A stretch of 64,000 nucleotides of DNA, from assembly GCF_009914755.1 (NCBI RefSeq), contig NC_060947.1; one strand, 5' to 3'. The translations under genes and the position numbers were made by a program. Each line of letters begins with the position of its first letter. Position 1 is the first letter of the stretch. The DNA is from the human T2T-CHM13v2.0 reference genome, Homo sapiens. This document shows positions 1 to 15,284 of the stretch, in pieces. The notes beneath the pieces were generated by a model, which was not told the DNA's origin, did no database searches, and saw nothing but the letters and a program-made list of their open reading frames with translations.

Positions 1-622
1 GATAGTGGCAGGAGGCAGACAAAGGCCTAGGCAGACAGTGGCAGGTCTACAGTGAAACCCCACCTCCAAGCTGAAGACAGTTTAAAGCCTGAAAGCCAAG
101 CTAGAAGTCAAATCCACAGATCGGATTGAAAACCTGTGTTCCTGTCTGGCATGCTTTCTCTGACTGATCCCCACCCTTCACCTATTTTACTTATATCTAC
201 CCTTTCCTAATTGCTTTTCTACACTGCTATGCCCAACTTTGAGTGGTGCCTTTGCTTTAGCCTTTCTTTGCATACTCAGCAATCAGCACACACTCCCCTA
301 TTCTGAGCCCATAAAAAACCCCGGACACAGCCATACTGACAGAGAGAGAGAAACCACCTGGAGTCCCCTTTCCTCTTCCATCGCTCAATAAAATTCTTCT
401 CTGCCCATCCAGACCCTTCTAATTGTCAGTGTATCCTCATTCTTCCTGAACACAGGAAAAGAGCTCGGGGAACCACCAAACTCGAGTACAATCTGCAACA
501 CAGGCTGAGTGGGCGGGTCACCTCCAGTGGAAGGCCCAGGACCAGGTGAGGTCCAGGCGTGGGGATGTTGCTGGCTGTGGAGGTCCCTGGTTGGCAAAGT
601 GGCCAAGAAAAATCCTGCGTCA
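1..622 (+). mobile_element. ERV1-class solo LTR (LTR27/LTR28/MER52 group)
   Basis: Starts (T)GATAGTGGCAGGAGGCAGAC, has AATAAA near 387 and ends GAAAAATCCTGCGTCA. Confidence 0.75.
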
Positions 623-665
623 CTATAAAACAAGTATGCTTTACATGTTTTAAAACAATGAAATA

Positions 666-2320
<1,655 letters not shown>

Positions 2321-2322
2321 TC

Positions 2323-4901
2323 TGATGTGGTTTGACAGTGTCCCCACTCAAATCTCATCTTGAATTCCCGTGTGTTGTGGGAGGGACCCGGTGGGAGGTA
2401 ACTGAATCATGGGGGCGGGTTTTACCCGTGCTGTCCTTGTGATAGTGAATAATCTCACAAGATCTGATGGTTTTATCAGGGGTTTCCGCTTTTGTATCTT
2501 CCTCATTTTCTCTTGCTGCTGCCATGTAAGAAGTGCCTTTCACCTCCCACCATGATTTTGAGGCCTCCCCAGCCATGTGGAACTGTAAGTCCAATTAAAC
2601 ATCTTTTTCATCTCAATCTCGGGTATGACTTTATCAGTAGCGTGAAAACAGACCGATACAGTAAATTGGTACCAGTAGAGTGGGGTGTTGCTGAAAGATA
2701 CTCGAAAATGTGGAAGTGACTTTGGAACAGGGTAACAGGCAGAGGTTGGAACAGTTTGGAGGGCTCAGAAAAAGACAGGAAAATGTGGGAAAGTTTGGAA
2801 CTTCTTAGAGATTTGTTGAATGACTTTGATCAAAAGCCTGATAGTGATATGGACAATAAGGTCTGGGCGGAGGTGGCCTCAGATGGAGATGAGGAACTTG
2901 TTGGGAACTGGAACAAAAGTGACTCTTGTTATGTTTTAGCAAAGAGACTGGTGGCATTTTGCCCATGCCCTAGAGATCTGTGGAACTTTGAACTTGAGAA
3001 ACATGATTTAGGGTATCTGGAAGAAGAAATGTCTAAGCGGCAAAGCATTCAAGAGGTGACTTGGGGCCGGGCGGGGTGGCTCACGCCTGTAATCCCAGCA
3101 CTTTGGGAGGCCAAGGCAGGTGGATCACCTCAGGTCAGGAGTTTGAGGCCAGCCTGGCCAACATGGTGAAACCCCGTCTCTACTGAAAATACAAAAATTG
3201 GCCAGGCATGGTGGCGGGCACCTCTAATCCTATCTACTCAGGAGGCTAAGGCACAAGAACCACTTGAACCCGAGAGGCAGAGTTTGCAGTGAGCCGAGAT
3301 CGCACCACTGCACTCTGGCCTAGGAGACACAGTGAGCCTTTGTCTCAAAAAATAAAAATTAAAAAAAAGGTGACTCACGTGCCGTTAAAGGCATTCAGTT
3401 TTATAAGGGAAGCAGGGCATAAAAGTTCAGAAAATTTGCAGCCTGACAATGTGATAGAAAAAAAAAAATTCTGAAGAAAAACTCAAGCCAGCTGCAGGAA
3501 TTTGCATAAGTAACTAGGAGTCCAATGTTAATCCCCAAGACAATGGGGAAAATGTCTCCAGGGCATGTAGGAAGTCTTCACAGCAGCCCCACCCATCACA
3601 GGCCTGCAGGCCTAGGAGAAAATGGTTTCTTGGGCCAAGCCGGGGATCCCCCAGCTGTATGCAGCCTAGGGGCTTGGTGCCCTGAGCCCCAGCAGCTCCA
3701 GCCTTGGCTGAAAGGGGCCAATGTAAAGCTCAGGCCGTGGCTTCAGAGGGTGCAAGCCCAAAGCCTTGGCAGCTTCCACATGTTGCTGAGCCTGCAAGTG
3801 TACAGAAGTCAAAAATTGGGGTTTAGGAACCTCCACCTATATTTCAGAGGATGTATGGAAATGCCGGGATACCCAGACAGAAGTTTTCTGCAGGGGCGGG
3901 GTGCTCATGGAGAACCTCTGCTAGGGCAGTGCAGAGGGGAAATGTGGGGTCAGAGCCCCCACACAGAGTCCCTACTGGGGTACTGCCTAGTGGAGCTGTG
4001 AGAAGAGGGCCACTGTCCTCCAGACCCTAGAATGGTAGATCCACGGACAGCTTGCACGTTCACCTGGAAAAGCTGCAGACACTCAACACCAGCTCATAAA
4101 AGCAGCCAGGAGGGAGGCTGTACCCTGCAGAGTTACAGGGGCGGAGCTGCCCAAGACCATGGAAACCCAACTCTTGCATCAGGGTGACCTGGATGTCAAA
4201 GGACCTGAAGTCAAAGGAGATCATTCTGGAGCTTTAAAATTTGACTGCTCCACTAGATTTCGGACTTGCATGGGCCCTATAGCCATTTTGCTATGGCACA
4301 TTTCTCCCATTTGGAATGGCTTTATTTACACAATACCTGTACCCCTATTGTATCTAGGAAGTAACTAGCTTGCTTTTGATTTTACAGGCTCATAGGTAGA
4401 AGGGACTTGCCTTGTCTCAGATGAGACTTTGCACTGTGGACTTTTGGATTAATGCTGAAATGAGTTAAGACTTTGGGAGACTGTTGGGAAGGCATGACTG
4501 CTTTTGAAATGGGAAGACATGAGATTTGGAGGGGCCAAGGGCGGAATGATATGGTTTGGCTCTGTGTCCCCACCCAAATCTCATCTTGAATTGTATTCCC
4601 ATAATTCCTATATGTTGTGGGAGGGACCCAGTGGGAAATAATTTGAATTATGGGGATGGTTTCCCCCATACTGTTCTCATGGTAGTGAATAAGTCTCACG
4701 AGATCTGATGGTTTTAGCAGGCGTTTCCACTTTTGCATCTTCCTCATTTTCTCCTGCTGCCACCATATAAGAAGTGCATTTTGCCTCCCGCCATGATTCT
4801 GAGGCTTCCCCTGCCATGCGGAACTGTAAGTCCAATTAAACCTCTTTTTCTTCCCAGTCTCAGGTATGTCTTTATCAGCAGTGTGAAAACAGACTAATAC
4901 A
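2323..4901 (+). mobile_element. Full-length THE1A MaLR: LTR 2323-2660, internal region, LTR 4547-4901
   Basis: Two TG...CA LTRs with typical THE1A text. The internal region starts GTAAATTGGTACCAGTAGAGTGGGG and has a polypurine tract before the 3' LTR. ORFs 2756-3169, 3525-4001 and 4159-4368 are internal-region remnants. Confidence 0.93.
3065..3369 (+). mobile_element. AluSx nested in the THE1 internal region
   Basis: Dimer with A-tail. Degenerate TSD A(A/G)AGGTGACT. Confidence 0.93.
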
Positions 4902-6960
4902 ACAAGGAAACCTAATGTCATTACATTAACATCACACAAAATAGTCTTTAAAGAAAAAAGCTACGAAAAAGCTAGAAAAAAGAAAAAATCTAGGCAAATG
5001 GAGTAATTACACAAGGATATCACAATTCTAAACCTGTATGCCCCTATCTATACTCAGAACATATAAAGCAAAAATTGGAATTGCAAGGAAAAATAAGAAT
5101 TCCACAATCAGGATAGGAGATTTTAATATACTCTTCAATTAATAGATAACATAAATTTCAAACAATAACATTAACAAATTTGATCTAACATATAAAGCTC
5201 TAACAATTAGAGAAAACACAACAAGCCACATGAAGCCATATACTTCCAAACCATGAAGCAATTCTAAAAAATGCCAAATAATTGATGTCATGCAGAGCTC
5301 ATTCTCTGACAATAGTGTAATTAAATTGGAAACCATTTATGAAAAGAAAAACTAAAGTTAAAAATGTATTTGGTTAGAAGGCATAAAGAACTCAAAACCC
5401 AACAGTAAAACAAACAATCCAATTAGAAAACAGTCAAAATACATTAAGACATTTTATCATAAAAGATATACAGATGGCAAATAACCACGTGAAAAATGTT
5501 CAAGATCATTAGCCAGTAAGAAAATGTGAATTAAAATAAGGAGATATCACTACACACCTATCAGAATTACCAAAAATACAAAAAAAGGTGACAACATCAA
5601 ATTCTGGCAAAGATGCAGAGGAATTGGATCACTCATACACTGTTAATGGGAAATAGTATAGGAACTCTGCAAAATAGCTTGGCAATTTCTTAAAAAGCTA
5701 AATATATATAATTACCATATGACCCAGCAATTGTACTCCTAGAAATTTATCCCAGAGAAATAAAAACTTACATTCACACACACCAAAACAACTATATAAA
5801 TGTTCCCATAGCAATTTTATCTGTAATAACCAAAAAATAGAATCACTCCAGGTACCCTTCAACAGAGGAATACTTATACAAACTGTGATACATACATAAT
5901 AGGAAATATCATTCAGCAATAAAAATAAATGAACTACTGATACATGCAACAACCTGGATGGATCTCTGGGGAAACAGGCTGAGTGAAAAAGGCCAATGCC
6001 AAAAGTTTACAAACTGTACAGTTCTATACATGAAATGACAAAATAATAGAGATGAAAAACAGACTAGTGGTCACTGGGGTTAGGAACTGAAGGCAGGGGA
6101 GTGGCAGAGGAGGGAGGTAGATACAGTTATAAAAAGGCAACATGAGAGATCCTTGATGTTAACTGCTCAGTATCTTATAATTTTTCTATACCAAATCTAA
6201 CATACACATTATAAATACATATTTTTCTGTAACTTACGTCTCTGGAGAATGTATAAAAGGTAACAGTAGCTGCTTCTGGGAGGTGGGACAGGGGACAGAG
6301 TGGGTGGGGTGCAGGCAGGAAGAGGAGGCACACTTGAACTTTTTTACTTTGTGTCATTTGCATGTTCTGTCATGAGTGTTGGAATTTAAAAGTCAATAAA
6401 GATGTTGAAATTTAAAAATATATTTCGAAATTTAAAACAATAACCTCTAAATAACCAATAGAGCAAAGAAGAAATCATAACAGCTATTAGAAAATACATA
6501 GAACTCATGGGAGAGAACTAATGTGGTCCTTAAGGGAAACCATATAGTCATAAATGATTATATTAAGCAAAAAAGAAGGCTTAAAAATAAAGAGCTAAGA
6601 ATTTAATTCAAAAAGTTAGAAAAAGCACAAGAGGGATTCCAAGCCAAAGAAAGGAAATAAAGATAAAAGTACATATTAAAGATAACACTGAAGGAGTCAA
6701 CAAAGCTAAAGCTGGTTATTTGAAAAGTCTAATAAAACAAACAAATATCTGGCAAGAGAGATCAAGGAGAAAGAAACAGAGAAGAGGCATAAATAATATT
6801 AACAATGAAAAAATGTCCAGAGGCTGGTCCAAGTGCAGTGGTATTTACAACTAATTGATCATAATCAGTTACAGATTTATTTGTTCCTTCTCCTTTTCAA
6901 CTCCCACTGCTTCACTTGACTAGCCTAAAAAAATAAAATAAAAAATGAGTGCATAGTTAC
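4902..6960 (+). mobile_element. L1M ORF2 fragments with a nested L1MB/MC 3' end (about 5375-6170)
   Basis: Decayed endonuclease-region and ORF2 C-terminal / 3'UTR motifs, e.g. TACCATATGACCCAGCAATT and AGCTGGTTATTTGAAAAG. Confidence 0.7.
6822..6945 (+). pseudogene. Y3 RNA (RNY3) retropseudogene
   Basis: GGCTGGTCCAAGTGCAGTGGTATTTACAACTAATTGATCA...CCCACTGCTTCACTTGACTAGCCT plus an A-rich tail. Matches hY3 apart from a short insertion in the pyrimidine loop. Confidence 0.92.
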
Positions 6961-7555
6961 AGCAATAGCACAGTATAGTAAGCAAGAAAGAGAATATAAA
7001 TGATGCAGTTAGAAATGGGGAAAAGGCCAAAAATTGGGGTAGTAGTAGAAACAGAAAGATCAATAAGGAGGTTATCAGAGTAGTCCAATGGCAATGACGG
7101 TGAGGAAGAGTGGAGACAGAGAAAACAGATTTAAACTGTTTTTGGAAGTAGAGGTGACAGGATATGCTGAAGCATGAAATATGAGTTTGAAGGAAAGACA
7201 GATGAGATTAAAGATAATTATTAAAGACAAAAATCAGTACTTCCTACCTCAGCATACAAGGTCCTCAGAATGATTCCAGTTTAATTCTTCTAATTTCAAC
7301 TCTCATGAACCCAATTCACTTAGCTTACCTTCCAGTCCTACTAAAATTCTCACCATTCACCTAGCATCCCACGCTCTTTCAGTATGTTCCCTCTTTCTGA
7401 AATGCTCCAATTCCTCATTAAATCCCAATCATCTTTCAAGACTCAGCTGAAATGTCACCTCTGTGAAGCTTTCCACAAATCTCACAGGCATAATTAGTCA
7501 CGCCTTTAATCTGGCTTCCTACTATTCTTATCTAATAGTAGCAGTAGTATTAGTA

Positions 7556-8339
7556 CCTGTTGAGCATCTCAAATTAGAAAATCCGAAATCTGAAATGCTT
7601 CAAAATCTAAAACCTTTTGAGTGCCAATATGATGCTCAAAAGAAATGCTCCTTGGAGCATTTCAGATTTTCAGATTAGAGACATGCAGCTAGTAAGTATA
7701 CTGCAAATATTACATATATATATATATACATAGCAAATATTACTATATATATTGCAAACATTACAAAATATACATATTACAAATATATATTACAAATATT
7801 ACTATATATTGCAAATATTACAAAAATTTATATATGATATACATCTGATATATATCTCCGATATATATGAAATACATATGATATATATCTCCGATATATA
7901 CATCTGATATATACATCTGATATATATCTCCGATATCCGAAACACTTCTGGTCCCAAGCATTTCAGATAAGGGCTATTCATTCACCTGTAGCGGCAGAAG
8001 CAGCATTTAAATATATAAGAGCAGTAGATGCTCTTATATATATCTCTGATATGTGATACATCATATATATCATATTTATATATATTTATCATATATATCT
8101 GATATATATGATAGATACATACATCTGATATATATATCTTATATATCAGAGATATATATCATTATCTATCAGAGATATATGTGTGTATATATACATCTGA
8201 ATCCCAGATGTGTGTATATATATATATTTACACATATATACACACACATATATATACACATATATACACACATATATATACACATATATATACACACATA
8301 TATATACACATATATATACGTATATATATGTGTATATAC

Positions 8340-8383
<44 letters not shown>

Positions 8384-8464
8384 GTATATATACGTGTATA
8401 TATATATATATGAAATCCGAAGCACTTCGGGTCCCAAGCATTTCAGATAAGGGCTATTCACCTG
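7556..8464 (+). mobile_element. MER46/Tigger4a MITE disrupted by a TA-repeat expansion
   Basis: TA|CCTGTTGAGCATC...AATCCGAAATCTGAAATGCT...CACTTCGGGTCCCAAGCATTTCAGATAAGGG...ACCTG|TA. Confidence 0.8.
7700..8412. repeat. Compound (TA)n / (TACA)n / GATATATA low-complexity repeat
   Basis: Read directly. The pure (TA)n stretch is about 8341-8380. It is the source of the YI-rich ORFs at 8053-8526. Confidence 0.97.
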
Positions 8465-8789
8465 TAGTGGCAGAAACAGCATTGTTAAGAGTAGTAGATG
8501 CTAACATTACTGAGGGCTTACTATGAAGCACTGTTATAAATCCATTACATAGATTAGTTGATTTAATCCCATCAACAATCTTAGATATTAAATATTATTA
8601 TGCCCTTTTTTCTTTTGCAAACATTGGTACCAATATTATGTCATTTTTATAAAGAAACTAAGGTACAGAAAGATTAAATAACTTGCCAAAGGTTACACAC
8701 CTAGTAAGTGGAGAAACCAAGATCTGAACACAGGCACTCTGGCTTAAAAGCTCACATACAACTTCCCAATAAAGCCAAAGAATAGGAAG

Positions 8790-9425
8790 TTGGTGGGAAT
8801 GTGAAACAGTATAGCCACTATGCAAAACAGTATGGCACTTCCTAAAAAATTAAGAGTGGAACTACTATATGGTCCAGCAATCCCACTTTAATTTATCCAA
8901 AAAAACAGAAATCAGGATCTTGAAAAAACATTTGCACAGCCATGTTCATAGCAGCATTATTCACAATAGCCAAGAAGTGGAAGCAGCTCAAATATCTATC
9001 AACAGATGAAGAGATAAACAAAATGTGGCATACACACACAGTGGGATATTATCCAGGCCTAGAAAGGAAGGAAATCCTGCAGTATGCAACAAAATGGATA
9101 AGCCTTGAGGACACTGTACTAAGTGAAATAAGCCAGTCACAAAAAAGACAAATATAGTGCTGCATAAGTACACTTATATGAATGAGGCATCCAGAGTAGT
9201 CAAAATCATAGACAGAAAGTGGAGTAGTGGTTGCTAGTGGCTGGAAGAGCAGTAGAAAATAGGGAATTATTGTTGAATGGGTACACAGTTTCAGTTCTGC
9301 AAGATCAAAAGAGCTCTGGAGATCTGTTGCACAACAATGTGAACATACTGAACACTGCTGAATTCTATGCTTAAAAATGGTTATGATGGTAAACTTTGCA
9401 TGTTTAAATGACAATTTTTAAAAAA
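8790..9425 (+). mobile_element. L1MB 3' end
   Basis: ORF2 C-terminal remnant [15 protein letters not shown] followed by 3'UTR. Confidence 0.85.
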
Positions 9426-9689
9426 TTATTTTTAGAAAAGCAAATAAAGGCATGTCCACAGAACACAGATATATGGTATAATTTTACATGTAAAGCAGAC
9501 ATGACAGATAGAGCTGGGGAAGTAGACTGAACCTGATGAAGAGTCTTAAATGCTAAAATGAATTTTAAATGATAAAATATTTAATCCTGGCCCAGAGCAG
9601 GAAAACATTACATAAATGTTCCTTTCCTTCAGACTTTCTCCTCTATGGGTAGAGAGACACTAAGGTTTTCAAGGAGTGAAGTCGCCATA

Positions 9690-12300
9690 TATGAAAATCT
9701 ACACCCTCCTGCTTTTCTTCTCAACCTCTGATTGTTTCCTTTCAATCTCCTTTGATGGCTTTTCTCCTTTTACCCATGCCTTAAAAGTTGCTCTTGCCCA
9801 GGTTTCTATACTTGCCTGTTTTGTGTTTCACTATATGCATTTTCAGGATGATTCTATTCACTTCTTTGGTTTTAACAGCCATTTATTCACAAATAATGCC
9901 CAAATCTCTTATCTCCAGCTCTAGATCTTCCACTCAGGCTCCTTATACACATACCCACATACACATACACATCCCTAGGTGAATGGATCTCTTCACCAAG
10001 GTATGTCACTGGTACCTCAAACTCAACATCTTCAATTCTGAACACATTATCTTCCCTTCCCCAGTTCTATCCCTAAGTCTGAACATTCTCTTGAATTCCT
10101 TGCATAAGTAAATGAAATTGTCACCACCATCCACCAAACGGCTCAAACCAGAATCTTTGGTGTCATCTGTAATTCCTTCCATTCCCTCACCTACTTTATC
10201 TGATCCACCACCAAAAATTCTTGCTATAACCTCAAATCCTTCTACCTTTTATTCATTCTGATTGCCAATAGCTTCTTCAGTTCATCATCCATAAACTAGA
10301 CCATTGCAAACAGCCACCTAGCAAGTCTGCCTACCTTTCTCCAACCAACCATCTACTGTGTAGTACTAAAACACACATCTGATCATTTAATTCCTCTGCT
10401 TAAGAGCATTTAATAGCTCTTTAATATCTATAAGATAAAGTAATTCTTTGACCTGAGCCCTACCTTTGTACCCTCAACTTTCCACCCCAACCTGTACTTA
10501 ATTGTATATTCTCTGCACCTGTCATACTCAACTACGTGTAGTTTCCCAAACTTGTCACTCTCTTTCATCTCTCAAATCTTTGTACATGTTGCTCCATCTG
10601 TCCAAAATGTTACTCCCAGCTCCAACCCCTACTAGTACATCTCATCCGATGAAATCCTACCTGTCCTTAGAACCTTAGATAAGGTACCTACTCCTATGGG
10701 AAGCCCTCTCACTGAGTTAGTTGTCCCCCTATAGCACCTTATATATACCTCCATCAAATAGCATAGCATGTGTGTCTATTTCTTTACTTCCCTTACTAGA
10801 TTGTGAGTCAGTGTATTTTTATTTATCTTTGCATTCTTAACATCTAGCACAATTCCTTGCACAAAGATTCTCAATAAAAATGAATGGTGATAGTTTAAAA
10901 ACTTGATGACACTAAAAGTCAAGGTTACTGACTGCATACTTTAATTTTTAGCCACAGATTACATCTCTAACAACGGCTATTTATCCAAAATGTGTGTGAC
11001 ATAAAGATTATACAACACCAAACTAACCATTAACAAAAAAAAAAATCATACACACAAATATGTATTAGTACTTATCCACCCATCAAATATCTAATGTATA
11101 CCAGCAACTGTGCTAGGTGCTGGAGATACAAAGATGAATAAGACCTATGATGTAAGGGCTTAAAGGGTAGTGGGGAAGACAGGGAAGTGAATGATTAAGA
11201 GTATGATAAATGCCATGGCACTCTTATACAGTATTACAAAAACCTGGGCATAGTTGTGACACATAGCCAGTGGGGTTTAAGGAAGTGGGACTTCCCTGAG
11301 GAGGTGGTATGTAAGCTAAACATTGAAAGACAAATAGAAGTTAGCCAGGCTGAGGGGTAGAGACAGGCAATCCAGGCTGAGGGGATACCTTATGTAAATC
11401 CCAGACAAAAAGTGGGAAGATGAAGTAAAGACTACAATATGTTCAGCTACTGCAAATTTCAGCATTGCTGGTGTCTACACCTAAAGATTGAAGTGGCAAG
11501 AGATGAGGCTGAAGGTGTTTTAAGCAAGGCCACATCATAGATGGCACTGTATGACATACAGAAAATTTGGACTTTCTCCTAAAATCCAGTTATATCTACA
11601 CTGACCCAGACCCACTCATTTCAACCACAGCAGCTCTGCTTTCATCTTTTCAAGTTGTTTCGGTTCCCTCACTAAGTCTTTCTTTTAAACTTGGAAAATC
11701 ACTAACATAGGCAGCAGAGAAACACTGAAGGATTTCATGCAGCAGAGTGATGTGACTGGTGGCAGTGTGATAAATAAACTAGAGAGCTGGAGATAAAGTC
11801 AGGAGGTTATGAGCTCATTCAGTTGAGAAATGACAAAGGTTTGAACTAGGGAAATGACAGTGGCATAAAGAAAAAGAGATATGGAGAGCTATTAAAGTTA
11901 GGGGATATAAGTGAAATTATGTTTTCAAAGTATGTATCATAGTACCTAGAAGAGATCAATAAATGTGTTCTATTATTATCAAAATCATCTGAATAAATCT
12001 GGAGGATAAAGCAAGAAAATCAACAGAAGTATACAAGTTTCGTTAAGTTGAGAAACTGGGTAGACGGTGTTATCATTCCAAAAGACTGGGAGCAGGATGC
12101 TGTTTTTTGGGTTCTGTACATTTTGAGGTGAGAATGGGGAGGATGAATTCATGGCTTAATATTAGCCATGTTAAGGTGCCTGTGGAACATCTAGATGAAG
12201 ATATCAGATGATAGGCTATATGAAACTGGGGCTCAGAACAGATTCAGATCAGGAGATATCATCAGTATGCAGACAACCACTACCCTCAGATAATGGTGCC
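9690..12300. mobile_element. L2 fragments in both orientations
   Basis: L2 3'-end motifs, e.g. CTAGATTGTGAG...TCAATAAA and TGTGCTAGGTGCTGGAGATACAAAGATGAATAAGAC. Confidence 0.65.
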
Positions 12301-12626
12301 AAAGAAGCCCCAAATCTAAGCTTAAGATGTGGGAGAATCAATACCTAGATGTATCTAAACTTTCAAAAGCCACCAAGTCTGAGGATGTACAAGAGAAGAA
12401 GAAAAGTTTCGTCACTTTGAAATGCCATTTTTATTATACTATAATGTCTTAAGACAACCATATTATCAAGCTTTTCTAATTGATTCACTGCTTGTCAAAG
12501 TAAGACCTAGGTTCTTATATTTTTAATCAAACTTTATTTTTGGAATATGAGTAAACCCAATTTGATTTGTAAAATAGTCTTCATTCTGGGAAGACCTCAT
12601 GTTCTGGAATAAGAAAACACAAAATA

Positions 12627-12957
12627 GGCCAGGTACGGTAGTTCATGCCTGTAATCCCAGCATTTTGGGAGGATCGTTTGAGGCCAAGAGTTCAAGACCA
12701 GCCTGGGTAGCATAGCGAGATTCCATCTCTAAAGAAAATGTTCAAAGTTAGCTGGGTGCAACGGCATGCACCTGTAGTCCTAGTTACCCAGGAGGCTGAG
12801 GCAGGAGGATAACTTGAGCCCAGGAGTTTGAGGTTACAGTGAGCTATTACCATGCCACTGTACTATAGTCTAGGCAACAGAGTGAGATCCTGTGTCAAAA
12901 AAAAAAAAAGAAAGAAAGAAAGAAAAAGAAAAAGGAAAAGAAAAAGAAAAAAAAAAA
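12627..12957 (+). mobile_element. AluJ with an A/GA-rich tail
   Basis: GAGGATAACTTGAGCCCAGGAG (J-type), with a deletion in the left arm. Confidence 0.9.
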
Positions 12958-13318
12958 CACATACCTACACACAAAGTAAATCTGAAACTAAAATTATACA
13001 TGTTAGGAAGGTAAATTTCGAAAAATTACTTAATGTCTCTATGTCCCACATTCCCCATTTGTCAAATTGGGATAACACCACCTACCTTACTTGGCTGTGA
13101 TGAGAATTAAGTTACATAACATGTGTAAAGAAACTAATATGTTGACTAGCACGTAGTGCAAGCTCAACAAACAATAACTTTTACTATCATTCTACCTTTG
13201 AGAAATGAGAAGCAAGAATTTTACTTTTAATTTTAGGTTAAATAAGGTCATGAAAAACATATCTGAATTAATATTTTAAAGTATACTGTCTCAGTACCTG
13301 GGCTTTCAAGGTAGCAGA

Positions 13319-13321
13319 TTT

Positions 13322-13359
<38 letters not shown>

Positions 13360-13649
13360 AGACTGTCTTTCTCTGTCACCCAGGTTGTAGTGCAGTAGTG
13401 CAATCTCGGCTTACTGCAACCTCCACCACCGGACCAAGTTCAAGCAATTCTCCTGCCTCAGCCTCCCAAGAAGCTGGGATTACAAGCATGCACCACCACG
13501 CCCAGCTAAGTTTTGTATTTTTAGTAGAGATGGAGTTTCATCATGTTGGCCAGGCTGGTCTCAAACTTCTGACTTCCTGACCTCAAGTGATCCGCCCACC
13601 TCAGCCTCCCAAAGTGCTGGGTTACAGGCATGAGCCACCACACCTGGCC
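13319..13649 (-). mobile_element. AluS
   Basis: Long T-tract. TSD CAAGG(T/C)AGCAGATTTTCT. Confidence 0.93.
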
Positions 13650-14714
13650 CAAGGCAGCAGATTTTCTAACATGTAAACCCATGATATGTCAAAAAGACTG
13701 AATTGAGAGATTAACACAAGCAGTCGTGCATACAATAGTGAAATAGTAAAAGCAAATTACAAAGGCAGGACGTGTATGAAAACTGAATCCAATTTAGAAA
13801 TTTCATCCAGTTGCTCCCAAATCTTAGCTATTATAACAGAATATGCTTTCAAAATGAATTTAGAACAGGTTAAAAGAAGATTAACTCATGTTACTTTTTG
13901 GATTCCTACATATTTACAATGAGATAACATATGGGAAGACACTATAAGCTATGACAAATCTAATTTTTTTTATACTGTAGCATTCTGAAAAACACTGTAG
14001 TTAATATCTAACAGAAAATAAAAAGTGTGTTTCTTCTTTCTATTCCTATTCAATGAAGAATTAAAGTGCCAAGATCTAACAGTCAAAAGCACTTAATAGG
14101 TGGGAGATTAGGGGTTTGTTTTGGGCGGATATAGAAATGGAGAGATTTAACCTATGCTTTATCTTAAACTTGAGTTTTCCATCAACCTCCTGCTTATCAT
14201 CACATTTAAGAAAAAAAGGGAAAAACATAATTGTAGATATTTTTCCTAGTTAAGACTTCCTAAGTTTAAATTTTGATGAAGTTTAAGAAAATAATGCTCA
14301 AAATCTATTGGCTGACTTTTACAACCATCAAATATGAAGCCTAAAATACAATAGCATATATAGGTTGTATATACCCACACACATATGTAGGAAAAGGGGC
14401 AGGCATGAGGTTTCCAAGCCTCTTGGAGAATTACTTGTTATTTTAAACAAAATCACTCATGAGAAAAATAAAATGATGCATTTGGTTTATTCTCAAAGGA
14501 AAGATCACTATTTCACAAAATAGTAAAACTTGTATGCTATATATTTCACATATTAGTGGTTAAAATTAAACAACTCCGATCTTTCTTCTAACTTAAGTTT
14601 ATGTATGATATACACATACATGTACATACGTACAAACATATATGTGTTTATGTAAATTTTAATCCTGTATAGAGATATTTAGGAAATATTAAATGCTATC
14701 GTTGATAAACTTAC

Positions 14715-14781
14715 GAATCAACATGCAGAACTCTCCGGCCACTTCTTGAACATGCAGCTGCAATGATGGATTCAGGCAAAC
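14715..14781 (-). CDS. CHM: CHM coding exon 2, 67 nt: (G)[21 protein letters not shown](S)
   Basis: TTTTTGTAG|GTTTGCCTGAATCC...CATGTTGATTC|GTAAGT. It continues exon 1 in phase 1 and gives the REP-1 sequence [23 protein letters not shown]. Confidence 0.98.
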
Positions 14782-14994
14782 CTACAAAAACACACACCCG
14801 TATCATTTAGAATGTAGAAATATATATATTTTACATAAAATGTTCAATACATGCCATTGCTGTATAGAACAGTTTAACCACCAAAGAGACCCATCCTTGC
14901 TTGTATTCAGAATTATAAAGTTTATATTAATTATACTGTAAGATGTTTCTTAAACATATACCACTCATACTGAAAATTTTATTATGTGGAAGAC

Positions 14995-15284
<290 letters not shown>

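Noticed and set aside
2756-4939. ORFs of 137-185 aa
   Set aside because: THE1 internal/LTR and Alu read-through with frameshifts; common in MaLR copies.
8053-8526. Overlapping Tyr/Ile/His-rich ORFs on both strands
   Set aside because: They are translations of the (TA)n/(TACA)n microsatellite.
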